Shown one piece after another: positions 46,385 through 56,041 of a DNA stretch of 64,000 bases. The DNA lies in assembly GCA_963809475.1 (NCBI GenBank), contig CAWEJS010000001.1, positions 1,050,125 to 1,114,124 of the forward strand, given 5' to 3'. Made by a program: the position numbers and the translations under genes. The notes beneath the pieces are model-generated. The model was not told the origin of the DNA, searched no databases, and worked only from the letters and a program-made list of their open reading frames with translations. Each line of letters opens with the position of its first letter. Position 1 is the stretch's first letter. The stretch comes from an uncultured Acidobacteriota bacterium. Its GTDB lineage: Bacteria; Acidobacteriota; Vicinamibacteria; Vicinamibacterales; JAKQTR01.

Positions 46385-47562
46385 GAAGGGCCCTCCGAGG
46401 GCGCCGCGGGCTCGGCCGAAGCCGTCCGCTCGGCGCGTTCCGCGGCGAATGGCAGCGTCAGCATGACGAGCAGCAGCATCAGGAACTCGGAGTCGCCGAA
46501 GTTGTGCTCGAAAAGCCCCGCCGCCAGCATGGCGGCAAGCGCCCCGAGGCCCGTGGCCGCAAGGAACGGGTGCCGCCCCCGGCGCAGCAGCGACCAGAGG
46601 CCGGCGGCCGCGCTCCCGACGAACCAGAACCAGGCCGCGACGGCGGGCAGACCGCGCTCGGCCGCAATCTGCATGGGCACGTCGTGCAGATGCGGGTTCA
46701 CGCGCTCGACCGCCTCCGGGTCCCGGAACCGGACGTACTCGCGCTCGACCATGTTCGGCCCCATGCCCGTGAGCGGGTCGGCGGCGATCATTCGCAGCCC
46801 TTCGCGCATCATCGCCACGCGGTCGCGGCTCGTCGGGTCGTTCAGGCTGAACATCGAGTAGAACCGCTGGGTGACCTGCGGCGGCGCCAGCGCGATCCCG
46901 ATCGCGAGGACCACGGGCAGGGCGCCGACCAGCCGGAAGTCCTTCAGCAGGAGCAGCGCCGCAATCCCGACGCTCGCTCCCACCCACGCGCTCCGCGTGA
47001 ACGTCAGCCCCAGCGCCACGAGCAGCGCCGGCAGCACGAGCGCCGGCCAGACGCGATCCCGCTTCTCGAAGAGCACGCGCGCGACGGCGGCCGTCGCCAC
47101 GAGCATCAGCAGGCCCGAGTAGGTCATGTAGTGCCCCATGGACCCCTGCGGACGCTGGCCGAGGTGGTTGTAGTGCAGGACGCCGTACTGGATGATCCCG
47201 AACGCGGCGCTGGCGGCTCCGACGCCGATGATGACGCTCACGACCGTCCGGGCCCGCCCGCCCCTGGCGATCTCGTAGGTGGCGGGGACCGCGAGCAGCA
47301 GCAGGAGCTGCTTGTCGTCGATCAAGCTTGTCAGCGGATCCACCGAGAACACCGTCGCGACGAGCGTCAGCACCGCGTACACCATCAGTGGCCGGAAGAA
47401 TGGCGGCACGGCGACGCGGGCGCGCCCGGTGGCGAGGAGCGCCGCCCAGGAGGCCAGGACGACGGTGAAGAGCACCTGCGCCGCGGCGATCGAGACCTGC
47501 AGCGCGCCCACGAAACCGAAGAGCGACCAGAGCGCGATGCGTTCGAGGGGAACACGCTTCAT
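46381..47562 (-). CDS. waaL: O-antigen ligase family membrane protein
   Basis: Polytopic, about 10-12 TM segments, Wzy_C-like central loop. Its stop overlaps the hldA start (ATGA). Confidence 0.7.
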   Translation of the reverse strand: MKRVPLERIALWSLFGFVGALQVSIAAAQVLFTVVLASWAALLATGRARVAVPPFFRPLMVYAVLTLVATVFSVDPLTSLIDDKQLLLLLAVPATYEIARGGRARTVVSVIIGVGAASAAFGIIQYGVLHYNHLGQRPQGSMGHYMTYSGLLMLVATAAVARVLFEKRDRVWPALVLPALLVALGLTFTRSAWVGASVGIAALLLLKDFRLVGALPVVLAIGIALAPPQVTQRFYSMFSLNDPTSRDRVAMMREGLRMIAADPLTGMGPNMVEREYVRFRDPEAVERVNPHLHDVPMQIAAERGLPAVAAWFWFVGSAAAGLWSLLRRGRHPFLAATGLGALAAMLAAGLFEHNFGDSEFLMLLLVMLTLPFAAERAERTASAEPAAPSEGPS

Positions 47563-47565
47563 AGG

Positions 47566-48648
47566 CTACCCGAGCCGCGAGGCCCGGCTCCGCTCGATGG
47601 CGCGGCCGGCGGCGGCCACGACGGCCTCGGCGCCGATCCGGCGGAGACAGCGGAAGTCACCCGGTTCGCATACCCGCTGATCGCACGGCCGGCATGGCAG
47701 CGCGCCGGCGTCCACCGTCTCGGTCACGAGCGATGGCGCGCGCCACGGCCCCCACACGTCCGGTGTCGTCGGGCCAAAGACGACGACCATCGGCGTCGAG
47801 GTCGTTGCCGCGATGTGAGCCGGCCCGCTGTCGCCCCCGATGAAGAGGCGGGACCGCGCCACCAGATTCCGCAGTTCCCCGAGATCCAGATCGCACGCCA
47901 CCGCGAGGGCCTCCGCCGGCACGCCGCGCTCCTGCGCCAGGCGCCGCACGTCCTCGGCCCGCGAGGCTTGCGCTGGACCGGTCGTGAGGATGATACGACG
48001 ATTCGCCGGTCCGGACGACAGGGCAGCGGCCACGCGGGCAAACGCGTCCTCGGGCCATCGGCGGAACTCGTTGCCGGCCCCGACGTGGATGATGATCAGT
48101 TCGTGCCCCGCCCCGATGCCGAGGGCCTGCAGCCGGCCGTCGACACGGCTGCCCGCCGAGGGGTCCTCGGTCATCTCCACCGGGTCGGTTGCGGGAGCGG
48201 GCCGCCCGATCTCCGGCAGCAGCGCCTCGGCCAGGTCCCACTGGTTCTCGACCGAGTGGCGCGGCCGGTGCGCGCGGGGCCTCGGGACCTGCCGCGTGTA
48301 CATCCACCCGCGCCCCGCGATCGTGTAGCCGATCCGGATCGGCGCGCCCGTCGAGAACGCCAGCAGCGAGCTGCGCGGGCCGCCGTGCAGGTCGATGACC
48401 GCGTCGAATCGTTCGCGGCGCAACGTCCGCGCCAGCGAGGCGTCCTCACGCAGCCGCGCAAGCCCGTGCACGAGCGGCGTCACCAGCACGCGATCGAGAT
48501 GCGGATTGTGCGCGACCACCGCCGCGGCCTGCGTCTCGACGAGATAGCTCACGCGGGCGTCGGGCCTTGCGCGGCGGATCGCCCGGATGATCGGCGTCGT
48601 CAAGACCACGTCGCCGATCAGCCGGAGCCGGATGAGGAGGATCTTCAG
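47566..48648 (-). CDS. glycosyltransferase family 9 (heptosyltransferase-like); 5' end uncertain
   Basis: The track ORF starts at GTG 48609 (VVLTTPIIRAI). The conserved GT9 N-terminus LKILLIRLRLIGD continues in-frame upstream to CTG 48648, with no ATG/GTG/TTG in between. Confidence 0.7.
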   Translation of the reverse strand: MKILLIRLRLIGDVVLTTPIIRAIRRARPDARVSYLVETQAAAVVAHNPHLDRVLVTPLVHGLARLREDASLARTLRRERFDAVIDLHGGPRSSLLAFSTGAPIRIGYTIAGRGWMYTRQVPRPRAHRPRHSVENQWDLAEALLPEIGRPAPATDPVEMTEDPSAGSRVDGRLQALGIGAGHELIIIHVGAGNEFRRWPEDAFARVAAALSSGPANRRIILTTGPAQASRAEDVRRLAQERGVPAEALAVACDLDLGELRNLVARSRLFIGGDSGPAHIAATTSTPMVVVFGPTTPDVWGPWRAPSLVTETVDAGALPCRPCDQRVCEPGDFRCLRRIGAEAVVAAAGRAIERSRASRLG

Positions 48649-48658
48649 AGGGCGTGCC

Positions 48659-48844
48659 TCATGCCTTGCCCGGCGGCTCGATCGCGGCCTCGTCGATGAG
48701 CATCACCGGGATGTCGTCCTTGATCGGGTAGACCCGGTGGCACCGGCTGCACTTGAGCGCCGTGTCGTTGTTCACCAGCACGACGGGGACGTCCTTGCAG
48801 GCGGGGCAGACGAGGATGTCGAGCAGTTCCGGGTTGACGGCCAT
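48659..48844 (-). CDS. Trm112/YcaR-family small zinc-ribbon protein
   Basis: LLDILVCPACKD..LKCSRCHRVYPIKDDIPVML. 61 aa. Confidence 0.85.
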   Translation of the reverse strand: MAVNPELLDILVCPACKDVPVVLVNNDTALKCSRCHRVYPIKDDIPVMLIDEAAIEPPGKA

Positions 48845-48932
48845 CGCGGGACTCCTTCAGCGAGCTACGCCACTATAACAGAGGTGCGGCAGGCCAGCTG
48901 ACAGCCCCGGGCAGTTGTGAAACAATCGGCGT

Positions 48933-50951
48933 GTGATCCCGTTGATGCTCGCCGCGGCGCTTGGAGTGGCGGCGCTCCCCCAATCGGCCGCTCCGGATGC
49001 TCCTGCCGCGCCGCGCCAGGATCGGCCCGCCGCCGTAGCCTCCGCCAGACCCGCGCCGAAGACGGCCGATCCCGTCGCCGAGGCGTACTACCAGTTCATC
49101 CGGGGCTGCCAGCTCGAGGACGACGGCGACGTCGACGGCGCCATCGCCGCGTTCCGCCGGGCCATGACGCTCGACCCGACGTCGGCGGACGTGCCGGCGG
49201 CCCTCGCGGGACTCTATGCGCGCCAGAACCGGGTGCAGGACGCGATCGAGCTGGCGAAGTCCGTCATCGCGGTCCGGCCGACGCACAGCGAGGCGCACCG
49301 CGTACTCGGGTTCATCTATGCCAGCCTCGCCGAGCGCGAACCGAACGCCGCCGGAACGCAGTCCGGCGCCGCTGCCGGTTACCGCGAGCAGGCCATCGAG
49401 CATCTCGAGTCGGCCTTGAAGGAGGCCCGCCAGGATGTCGCCGCGCCGATCCGGCTGGCGCTCGGGCGCTTGTACATGCAGGGCGCGGCCACCGGCAAGG
49501 CGATCCCCGTCCTCCGGCAGTTGTTGGCCGACGAACCCTGGCTGCCCCAGGGCGTGGCAATGCTCGCGCAGGCCTACACCGACGCGGGACGCAGCGCCGA
49601 CGCGATCTCGCTGCTGAAAGAGGCCGTCTCGGTGGAGCCCTCGTTCTACGAGGCGCTGGCGTCGGCGTACGAGAAGGACAAGCAGTGGGAGGAGGCTGCG
49701 GCGGCCTACGGAAAGGCATCCGGCCTGAGCCCCAACGACACCGACCTGAAGACGCGCTGGGCCTTCGCGCTGCTGAGCGCGCCGGGAGACGCGGGCGCCG
49801 CGCAGGCGCGCGACCTGCTGCTCGGCGTCACCAAGGCCAACCCGACGGCCGCCTGGCCGCTCTACCTGCTCGCCCGCGCCCAGCGGGCCGTGGGCGACCT
49901 CGACGGCTCCGAGGCGAGCGCGCGCCGTCTGATGGCCGTCAATCCGTCCGGAACGTCGGGCGCCCACGCGCTCGCGCAGGTGCTCGAAGAACGCCGCGAC
50001 TGGGCCGGCCTCATCGAGGCGCTCGAGCCGGCCGCCGCGGCGCCCAAGCAGAGCCGCGAGACCGACCGGGCGGTCATCCTCTCGCATCTGGGATTCGCCT
50101 ACATCGAGATCGGCCGGCCCGCCGATGCCGTGTCCGCGTTCGAGCGCGCCGCGAAGCTCGACCCCTCTGACCGCGCCCTTCGCGTCTACCTGGCGCAGGC
50201 GCTCGTGGCCGCGAAACAGTACGACCGCGCCCTCGAAGTGGTCCGGGCGGAGGGCCCGGCCGGCCTGACCGACTCGCGCCTCGCGCGGATCCAGGCCGAC
50301 GCGCTGCGTGGCCTCGGGCGATTCGACGATGGGGCGGCGGTGCTGAGGACGCTCGCAGACGCCGCGCCGCAGGAGGCGCTCACGACGCAGTACCTGGCCG
50401 AGTACTACGCGGCCGCGCACCGGTACGCCGAGGCGGCGGCGCTGCTCAAGCCCGCCGTGTCGCGCTTTCCGGACGATACCGGCGTGCGGTTCCAGTACGG
50501 CGCGATGCTCGAGCGCCAGTCGCAGCACCGGGAGGCCGAGCGCGTCTTCCGCGAGGTGCTGGCACGAGACCCCGCTCACGGGCCGGCCCTCAACTATCTC
50601 GGCTACACGCTCGTCGAGCGTGCAGGCCGCCCGGACGAGGGCATGGCGCTCATCAAGCGCGCGGTGGCCCTCGACCCCCACAACGGCGCCTACCTCGACA
50701 GCCTGGGCTGGGCCTACTTCAAGCTCAACCAGCTCGATCTCGCGGGGCCGAATCTCAAGGCCGCCGCCGCGCAGCTGCCCCGGGACTCGGTCGTGCAGGA
50801 CCATTTCGGCGACTTCCTCGCACGGACCGGCCGCTACGCCGACGCCGTCGACGCGTGGCGCCGATCGCTCGCTGGCGACGGCGACGACATCGAGCGGCCG
50901 AAGATCGAACGCAAGATCCGCGAGGCGCTGAACAAGTCCGCCAGGGACTAG
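48933..50951 (+). CDS. secreted tetratricopeptide-repeat protein
   Basis: Signal-like N-terminus and many TPR-like units (AIAAFRRAMTLDP.., AVSAFERAAKLDP.., ALNYLGYTL). The start may be ATG 48945. Confidence 0.75.
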   Translation: MIPLMLAAALGVAALPQSAAPDAPAAPRQDRPAAVASARPAPKTADPVAEAYYQFIRGCQLEDDGDVDGAIAAFRRAMTLDPTSADVPAALAGLYARQNRVQDAIELAKSVIAVRPTHSEAHRVLGFIYASLAEREPNAAGTQSGAAAGYREQAIEHLESALKEARQDVAAPIRLALGRLYMQGAATGKAIPVLRQLLADEPWLPQGVAMLAQAYTDAGRSADAISLLKEAVSVEPSFYEALASAYEKDKQWEEAAAAYGKASGLSPNDTDLKTRWAFALLSAPGDAGAAQARDLLLGVTKANPTAAWPLYLLARAQRAVGDLDGSEASARRLMAVNPSGTSGAHALAQVLEERRDWAGLIEALEPAAAAPKQSRETDRAVILSHLGFAYIEIGRPADAVSAFERAAKLDPSDRALRVYLAQALVAAKQYDRALEVVRAEGPAGLTDSRLARIQADALRGLGRFDDGAAVLRTLADAAPQEALTTQYLAEYYAAAHRYAEAAALLKPAVSRFPDDTGVRFQYGAMLERQSQHREAERVFREVLARDPAHGPALNYLGYTLVERAGRPDEGMALIKRAVALDPHNGAYLDSLGWAYFKLNQLDLAGPNLKAAAAQLPRDSVVQDHFGDFLARTGRYADAVDAWRRSLAGDGDDIERPKIERKIREALNKSARD

Positions 50952-50972
50952 CCGGTGACGGGAGACGGGGTC

Positions 50973-51872
50973 ATGACCAGCGCCCGGCCCGGAAGCGCCG
51001 TGAACACGGGTCTTGGTACCGTCCTCCTGGCCGGCGCCCTCGCCTGGGCGCTGGCGCTTGCCGCGTCGGCGTGCGCGGCAGGGGCGGCGTTCCGGGTGCC
51101 CGACGGGCCGTGGGTTCCCGACCCGTCCGGTGCCGAGGCGTTCGCGGCAGCCTCGGCTCCCTGCCGGGGCGTGCGGACCATGACGGCCGAGCTGGCCGTC
51201 CGGGGGCGGGCCGGCTCCGCGAGGATCCGCGGACGCGTGATCGCGGGGTTCGAGCGCGGCGGGGCGCTGCGCCTCGAGGCTCCGGCGCCATTCGGCGCGC
51301 CGATCTTCATCCTGGTGGCCCGCTCGGACCGCGCCACGCTGTGGCTTCCGCGCCAGCGACAGGTCCTGCGCGACGCGCCGGTCGAGGACGTGCTGGAAGC
51401 GCTCACGGGCCTGCGACGATCGAGCGACGACGTGCTCGCGCTGCTTTCCGGCTGCCTGGCGAGCACCACGGCGCCACCTGCCGCCGCGCAGCGCAATGCG
51501 CGCGGGTGGCTGATGGTGGATCTCGGTGACGCGACGAGCGCCTTCGTGCGGCGTGACGGGGCTGCCTGGCGCGTGGTTGCCGGAAGGCGCGATGCGGCCG
51601 GCGCCGGCCTGTCCTGGTCGGTGTCCTACGAGGATTTCGCCTCGGGTTTCCCGGGTACGGTCCGTGTCTGGCAGGCGCCGGTTCCGGCGGGCTCATCGCC
51701 GGCGGCCACGTCGTTGACCCTGCTCGTGTCGCAAGTGGAGGCGAACGTGGCGATCGTTCCCGCGGCTTTCGATCTCGCGGTGCCGCCGGACGCTTCGTCG
51801 ATCACCATGGACGACCTGCGCCAGGCTGGCCCGCTGGCCGACCGGGACGCCGGCCCCGGGAGCGGCCGATGA
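50973..51872 (+). CDS. putative outer-membrane lipoprotein, LolB-like by position
   Basis: Signal peptide ending ALALAASAC. Sits immediately upstream of ispE-prs, like lolB in E. coli. Sequence-level assignment is weak. Confidence 0.45.
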   Translation: MTSARPGSAVNTGLGTVLLAGALAWALALAASACAAGAAFRVPDGPWVPDPSGAEAFAAASAPCRGVRTMTAELAVRGRAGSARIRGRVIAGFERGGALRLEAPAPFGAPIFILVARSDRATLWLPRQRQVLRDAPVEDVLEALTGLRRSSDDVLALLSGCLASTTAPPAAAQRNARGWLMVDLGDATSAFVRRDGAAWRVVAGRRDAAGAGLSWSVSYEDFASGFPGTVRVWQAPVPAGSSPAATSLTLLVSQVEANVAIVPAAFDLAVPPDASSITMDDLRQAGPLADRDAGPGSGR

Positions 51873-52783
51873 CGGCCCCGCGGACGTTTCGTCTCCGGGC
51901 CCACGCGAAGCTGAACCTGGAGCTGAGGGTCGGCCCTCTTGACGCAGACGGATTCCACCCGTTGCGCACGGTGTTCCAGTCGCTCGCCCTGCACGACACG
52001 CTGCAAGTAACGGCCCGCCGGGGCCCGTTCGAGCTGACGTGCGACGATCCGGGGGTGCCCCTCGACGGGCGCAACCTCGTCACGCGCGCGGCTGAGCGGT
52101 TGTGGGCGGCGCTCGGGCGGTCCGGCGAGCCCGGTGGCGTCGCGATCCATCTCATGAAGCACATCCCGATGCAGGCGGGACTTGGCGGCGGCAGTTCGGA
52201 CGCCGCGTCGGCGCTCGTCGCGCTGGCCCGGGTCTGGCGGGCCCGGATGGAGTTGGCGGACCTCGTGCCGGTGGCCTCGCGCGTCGGGGCCGACGTCGCG
52301 TACTTTCTCGTCGGCGGGACCGCGCTCGGCCTCGGGCGCGGCGATGAGCTCTACCCGCTGGAGGACCTGGGCCCGTCGCACGTCGCGCTCGCGTTCCCCG
52401 GCTTCGGGGTGTCGACCGCGGACGCGTACCGCTGGTTCGACGAGGATCTGGCCGGCGGGGCGGTGCCGGCGGCCCCGGCCGCGCGCGCGTGGCCGGGCCG
52501 CGATCTGCGCGTCGTCAACGACCTCGAGGCGCCGGTGGCCCGCCGCCACCCCGAGATCGCGTCCCTCCGGGCCGTGCTGGCGGGCGCGGGCGCCCGGGCG
52601 GCGGCGATGACGGGCAGCGGCTCGGCGGTGTTCGGGCTCTTCGGGACCCGGGCGGCGGCCCGACGGGCCGCCCGGGCCGCGGCGGAGGCGGGGCACGCCG
52701 CCTTGGTCACGCGAACCGTTGACCGGCGCACCTGCCAGCGTGTACACTTTTCGATTGCGTCATCCTCACCGCGCCACGCCTAG
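51869..52783 (+). CDS. ispE: 4-diphosphocytidyl-2-C-methyl-D-erythritol kinase
   Basis: AHAKLNLEL.. and GHMP motif PMQAGLGGGSSDAA. ATGA overlap with the upstream gene. Confidence 0.9.
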   Translation: MTAPRTFRLRAHAKLNLELRVGPLDADGFHPLRTVFQSLALHDTLQVTARRGPFELTCDDPGVPLDGRNLVTRAAERLWAALGRSGEPGGVAIHLMKHIPMQAGLGGGSSDAASALVALARVWRARMELADLVPVASRVGADVAYFLVGGTALGLGRGDELYPLEDLGPSHVALAFPGFGVSTADAYRWFDEDLAGGAVPAAPAARAWPGRDLRVVNDLEAPVARRHPEIASLRAVLAGAGARAAAMTGSGSAVFGLFGTRAAARRAARAAAEAGHAALVTRTVDRRTCQRVHFSIASSSPRHA

Positions 52784-52859
52784 CGGTGGACACCTTGCCA
52801 GACCACTGGGATGAGGCGCCTTGGTGTTCGGGCGCGGGCAAGGGCGGGAATCACGGTGG

Positions 52860-52935
52860 TGGGGCGTCGCCAAGCTGGTAAGGCACGGGACTTTGAATCC
52901 CGCATTCGAAGGTTCGAATCCTTCCGCCCCAGCCA
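52860..52935 (+). tRNA. tRNA-Gln(TTG), CCA encoded
   Basis: Acceptor TGGGGCG/CGCCCCA, anticodon stem CGGGA/TCCCG with loop CTTTGAA, T arm GAAGG-TTCGAAT-CCTTC, 3' GCCA. Confidence 0.95.
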
Positions 52936-52979
52936 GTCTACGTGAGGGTATGAGGCAATTCCGGGCGGCGAGTGGGGAC

Positions 52980-53912
52980 ATGAAGATCTTCTCGGGGAGC
53001 GCGCATCCGGAGCTGGCACGCGGCATTGCCGAGATTCTCGGGATGCCGATCGGGCAGGCGAAACTGCGCCGGTTCCCCGACACCGAAGTGTCCTTCCAGA
53101 TCGAGGAGAACATCCGCGGCACCGACGTGTTCGTCGTGCAGCCGACCTCGCCGCCCGTCGACCAGCACATCATGGAACTGCTCGTGATGATCGACGCGTT
53201 CCGCCGGTCGTCCGCGGCCCGGATTACCGCCGTGATCCCGTACTATGGCTACGCGCGCCAGGACCGGAAGGACAAGCCGCGGGTGCCGATTTCGGCCAAG
53301 CTCGTCGCGAATATCCTGAGCGCCGCGGGCACGAACCGGGTGCTGACGATGGACCTGCACAAGGCGCAGATCCAGGGGTTCTTCGACATCCCGGTCGATC
53401 ACCTGTTCGCGGCGCCGGTCATCATCGACTTCCTCGCCCGCCAGCAGTTCAAGAACCTGACGATCGTCTCGCCGGACGCGGGCGGCGCGGAGCGGGCGCG
53501 CGCGTACGCGAAGCGGCTGGACGCGGAGCTGGCCATCATCGACAAGCGCCGCGCGCCCGAGGACGGCCACCCCGAGGTCATGAACGTGATCGGCGAGGTG
53601 AATGGGCGCACCTGCATCATCCAGGACGACATCGTCGACACCGGCGGGACGATGCAGAACGCGGCGCAGGCGCTGATGGACAACGGGGCCGAGCGCGTCT
53701 GGGCGTGCGCGGTGCACGGCCTGTTCTCGGGGCCGGCCATCCAGCGCATCGAGCAGTCGGCGATCGAGCGGTTCGTCGTGACCAACACAATCCCGCTGTC
53801 GGCCGACAAGGCGTCGTGCAAGAAGCTCGCGTCCCTCTCGGTGGCCCGGCTGCTCGGGCAGGCCATCAAGAGCATTCACGAGGAGACGTCGGTGTCGTCG
53901 TTGTTCGTCTAG
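52980..53912 (+). CDS. prs: ribose-phosphate pyrophosphokinase
   Basis: MKIFSGSAHPELA.., DLHKAQIQGFF, IIQDDIVDTGGT. Confidence 0.95.
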   Translation: MKIFSGSAHPELARGIAEILGMPIGQAKLRRFPDTEVSFQIEENIRGTDVFVVQPTSPPVDQHIMELLVMIDAFRRSSAARITAVIPYYGYARQDRKDKPRVPISAKLVANILSAAGTNRVLTMDLHKAQIQGFFDIPVDHLFAAPVIIDFLARQQFKNLTIVSPDAGGAERARAYAKRLDAELAIIDKRRAPEDGHPEVMNVIGEVNGRTCIIQDDIVDTGGTMQNAAQALMDNGAERVWACAVHGLFSGPAIQRIEQSAIERFVVTNTIPLSADKASCKKLASLSVARLLGQAIKSIHEETSVSSLFV

Positions 53913-53972
53913 ACGTGACCTCGGGCCGGCGGGCGGCCCGGCGCCCTGAAGCGGGAAGCAAGGACAGAAGGT

Positions 53973-54656
53973 ATGGAAGCCAGACTCGACGCGGTGAAGC
54001 GGGACACATTCGGCAAGAACGAGGCGCGCCGGTTGCGCGTGAAGGGTAGCATCCCGGCGGTGCTCTACGGCGGCGCGACCGCAGACGGCAAGCCGCAGGC
54101 GACGCCAATCGCCGTGGATCCGAAGCGCCTGATGGGCATTCTCCACGGCGAGTCGGGCGTGAACACCCTCATCGGCCTGAAGGTGGGCGACGAGGAGGTC
54201 AGGGTCCTGATGCGCGAGTACCAGGTCGACCCCCTGACGCGCCGGCTGCTGCACGTCGACTTCTACCGCATCGCGATGGACAAGCTCCTCACGGTGACGG
54301 TGCCGATCACGGTCAAGGGCGAGCCGAAGGGCGTCAAGCAGCAGGGCGGCTTGCTCGACTTCGTGCATCGCGAGATCTCGATCGAGTGCCTGCCGGCGGA
54401 CATCCCCGAGCACATCGAGATTGACGTCAGCGAGCTGATGCTCGGCCAGGCGATTCGCCTGCGCGACGTGGCGACCAGCCTGACGTGGAAGCCGGTGACG
54501 GACCCCGACGTCATGCTGGTGCACGTCGTCGCGCCGCGCGCGGTGGTGGAGCCCGAGCCGGCCGAGGGTGCGGCGGTGGCGGCGGCGGCGCCGGCGGCGG
54601 CGGAGCCCGAGGTCATCAAGAAGGGCAAGCCTGAGAAGGCTGACGAAGAGAAGTAG
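53973..54656 (+). CDS. rplY: 50S ribosomal protein L25 / general stress protein Ctc
   Basis: RDTFGKNEARRLRVKGSIPAVLYG. Long Ctc form with an Ala/Lys-rich tail. Confidence 0.9.
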   Translation: MEARLDAVKRDTFGKNEARRLRVKGSIPAVLYGGATADGKPQATPIAVDPKRLMGILHGESGVNTLIGLKVGDEEVRVLMREYQVDPLTRRLLHVDFYRIAMDKLLTVTVPITVKGEPKGVKQQGGLLDFVHREISIECLPADIPEHIEIDVSELMLGQAIRLRDVATSLTWKPVTDPDVMLVHVVAPRAVVEPEPAEGAAVAAAAPAAAEPEVIKKGKPEKADEEK

Positions 54657-55234
54657 TGAGGATCGTCGTCGGGCTCGGCAATCCGGGGCGCCGCTACGAG
54701 GGGACGCGGCACAACATCGGGTTCGCCGTGGCCGACGAGGTGGCGCGCCGCCACGGGATGGCGTTCGAGAGCGGCCGGGCGGATACGCTGACGGCGAGGC
54801 GCGGCCGCGGGCCGGCGTCGTTGCTGGTGGTGAAGCCGCTGACGATGATGAACCTGAGCGGCGAGGCGGTCGCCCTCGTCGCGGGGTTCTACAAGATCGA
54901 TCCGCCGGCCATCCTCGTCGTGGCCGACGACGTGAACCTGCCCCTCGGCCGGCTGCGCCTCAGGGCGCGCGGGACGGCCGGCGGGCACAACGGGTTCCGG
55001 TCGATCATCGCGTGCCTCGGCACGGGGGAGTTCCCGCGGCTCCGCGTGGGCGTCGGGCGCGGCGACCCGCGCCGGGACCTCGCCGACCACGTGCTGGCGC
55101 GGTTCGATGGCGACGAGCGGGACGAGGTGGAGCGGACGATAGCCCGGGCCGCCGACGCGGTGGACACGGTCCTCGCGGAGGGCATCGAGGCGGCCATGAA
55201 TCGGTACAACAGAGCGGAGGATTCGTCCTCCTGA
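54656..55234 (+). CDS. pth: peptidyl-tRNA hydrolase
   Basis: VVGLGNPGRRYEGTRHNIGF and GGHNGFRS. The GTG start overlaps the ctc stop. Confidence 0.92.
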   Translation: MRIVVGLGNPGRRYEGTRHNIGFAVADEVARRHGMAFESGRADTLTARRGRGPASLLVVKPLTMMNLSGEAVALVAGFYKIDPPAILVVADDVNLPLGRLRLRARGTAGGHNGFRSIIACLGTGEFPRLRVGVGRGDPRRDLADHVLARFDGDERDEVERTIARAADAVDTVLAEGIEAAMNRYNRAEDSSS

Positions 55235-55285
55235 CTCCTTGCCACCGCGGGTGCGCGGTGGCCGTCATGTCCAGAAGGAGCATGC

Positions 55286-55726
55286 ATGAGCCAAGGCAGA
55301 CAGTACGAACTCATTTACATCGTGTCGCCCGACGCGACCGAGCAGGAGGTCACCGATCTGCACACGCAGATCGAGTCGATCGTCGGCCGGTACCAGGGTG
55401 AAATGATCAAGACGGAGAATTGGGGGCGCCGCAAGCTGGCGTATCGCATCGGCAAGCACCGCGAGGGCACCTACGTCCTCGAGGCGTTCACGGGCAGCGG
55501 CGAGCTCACGAAGGAGCTGGATCGCCGCCTCAAGGTGATCGACAGCGTCATCCGGCACCTCTGCGTCCGCGTGGACGAGGACCTGCGTCTCGCCGAGCGT
55601 ACGCGCGCGCGCCGCGAGGCCGACACGCAGCGACGCGTCGCCCGCGGGCTGCCCGTCGGCGGCCGGCCGCGCCGGTCCGACGACGAGGGCGGGGACGAGG
55701 ATCAGAATGATCGGGCGGAGGTGTAA
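55286..55726 (+). CDS. rpsF: 30S ribosomal protein S6
   Basis: [10 protein letters not shown].., [10 protein letters not shown]. Acidic C-terminal extension. Confidence 0.92.
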   Translation: MSQGRQYELIYIVSPDATEQEVTDLHTQIESIVGRYQGEMIKTENWGRRKLAYRIGKHREGTYVLEAFTGSGELTKELDRRLKVIDSVIRHLCVRVDEDLRLAERTRARREADTQRRVARGLPVGGRPRRSDDEGGDEDQNDRAEV

Positions 55727-55728
55727 CG

Positions 55729-56031
55729 ATGGCTGACGAACGACACGGACGGGGATCGTCGGGACCGAAGGGACGCGGCAGCGCGAGAGGCGGCGAGAAG
55801 GGCGCCCCGCGCCGCGGCATGTTCCGCCGCCGCAAGGTCTGCAAGTTCTGCGCGGACAAGATCGACTACATCGACTACAAGGACGCCAAGATGCTGCTGC
55901 CCTTCGTCCCCGAGCGGGCGAAGATCCTGCCGCGGCGCATCTCCGGCGTGTGCGCCATGCACCAGCGCAAGCTGCAGACGGCCATCATGCGGGCGCGCCA
56001 GCTGGCCCTGCTCCCTTACTCGACGGATTAG
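55729..56031 (+). CDS. rpsR: 30S ribosomal protein S18
   Basis: [20 protein letters not shown]. Gly/Arg-rich N-terminal extension. Confidence 0.92.
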   Translation: MADERHGRGSSGPKGRGSARGGEKGAPRRGMFRRRKVCKFCADKIDYIDYKDAKMLLPFVPERAKILPRRISGVCAMHQRKLQTAIMRARQLALLPYSTD

Positions 56032-56041
56032 GTGGACTGCC

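Noticed and set aside
48873-50804. 643-aa minus-strand ORF. The same situation applies to 61902-63704 (600 aa), 13379-15139 (586 aa) and 31540-33243 (567 aa).
   Set aside because: Each is antisense to a gene with clear homology-type motifs (TPR protein, ispDF, waaC, nuoF). No motifs of their own.
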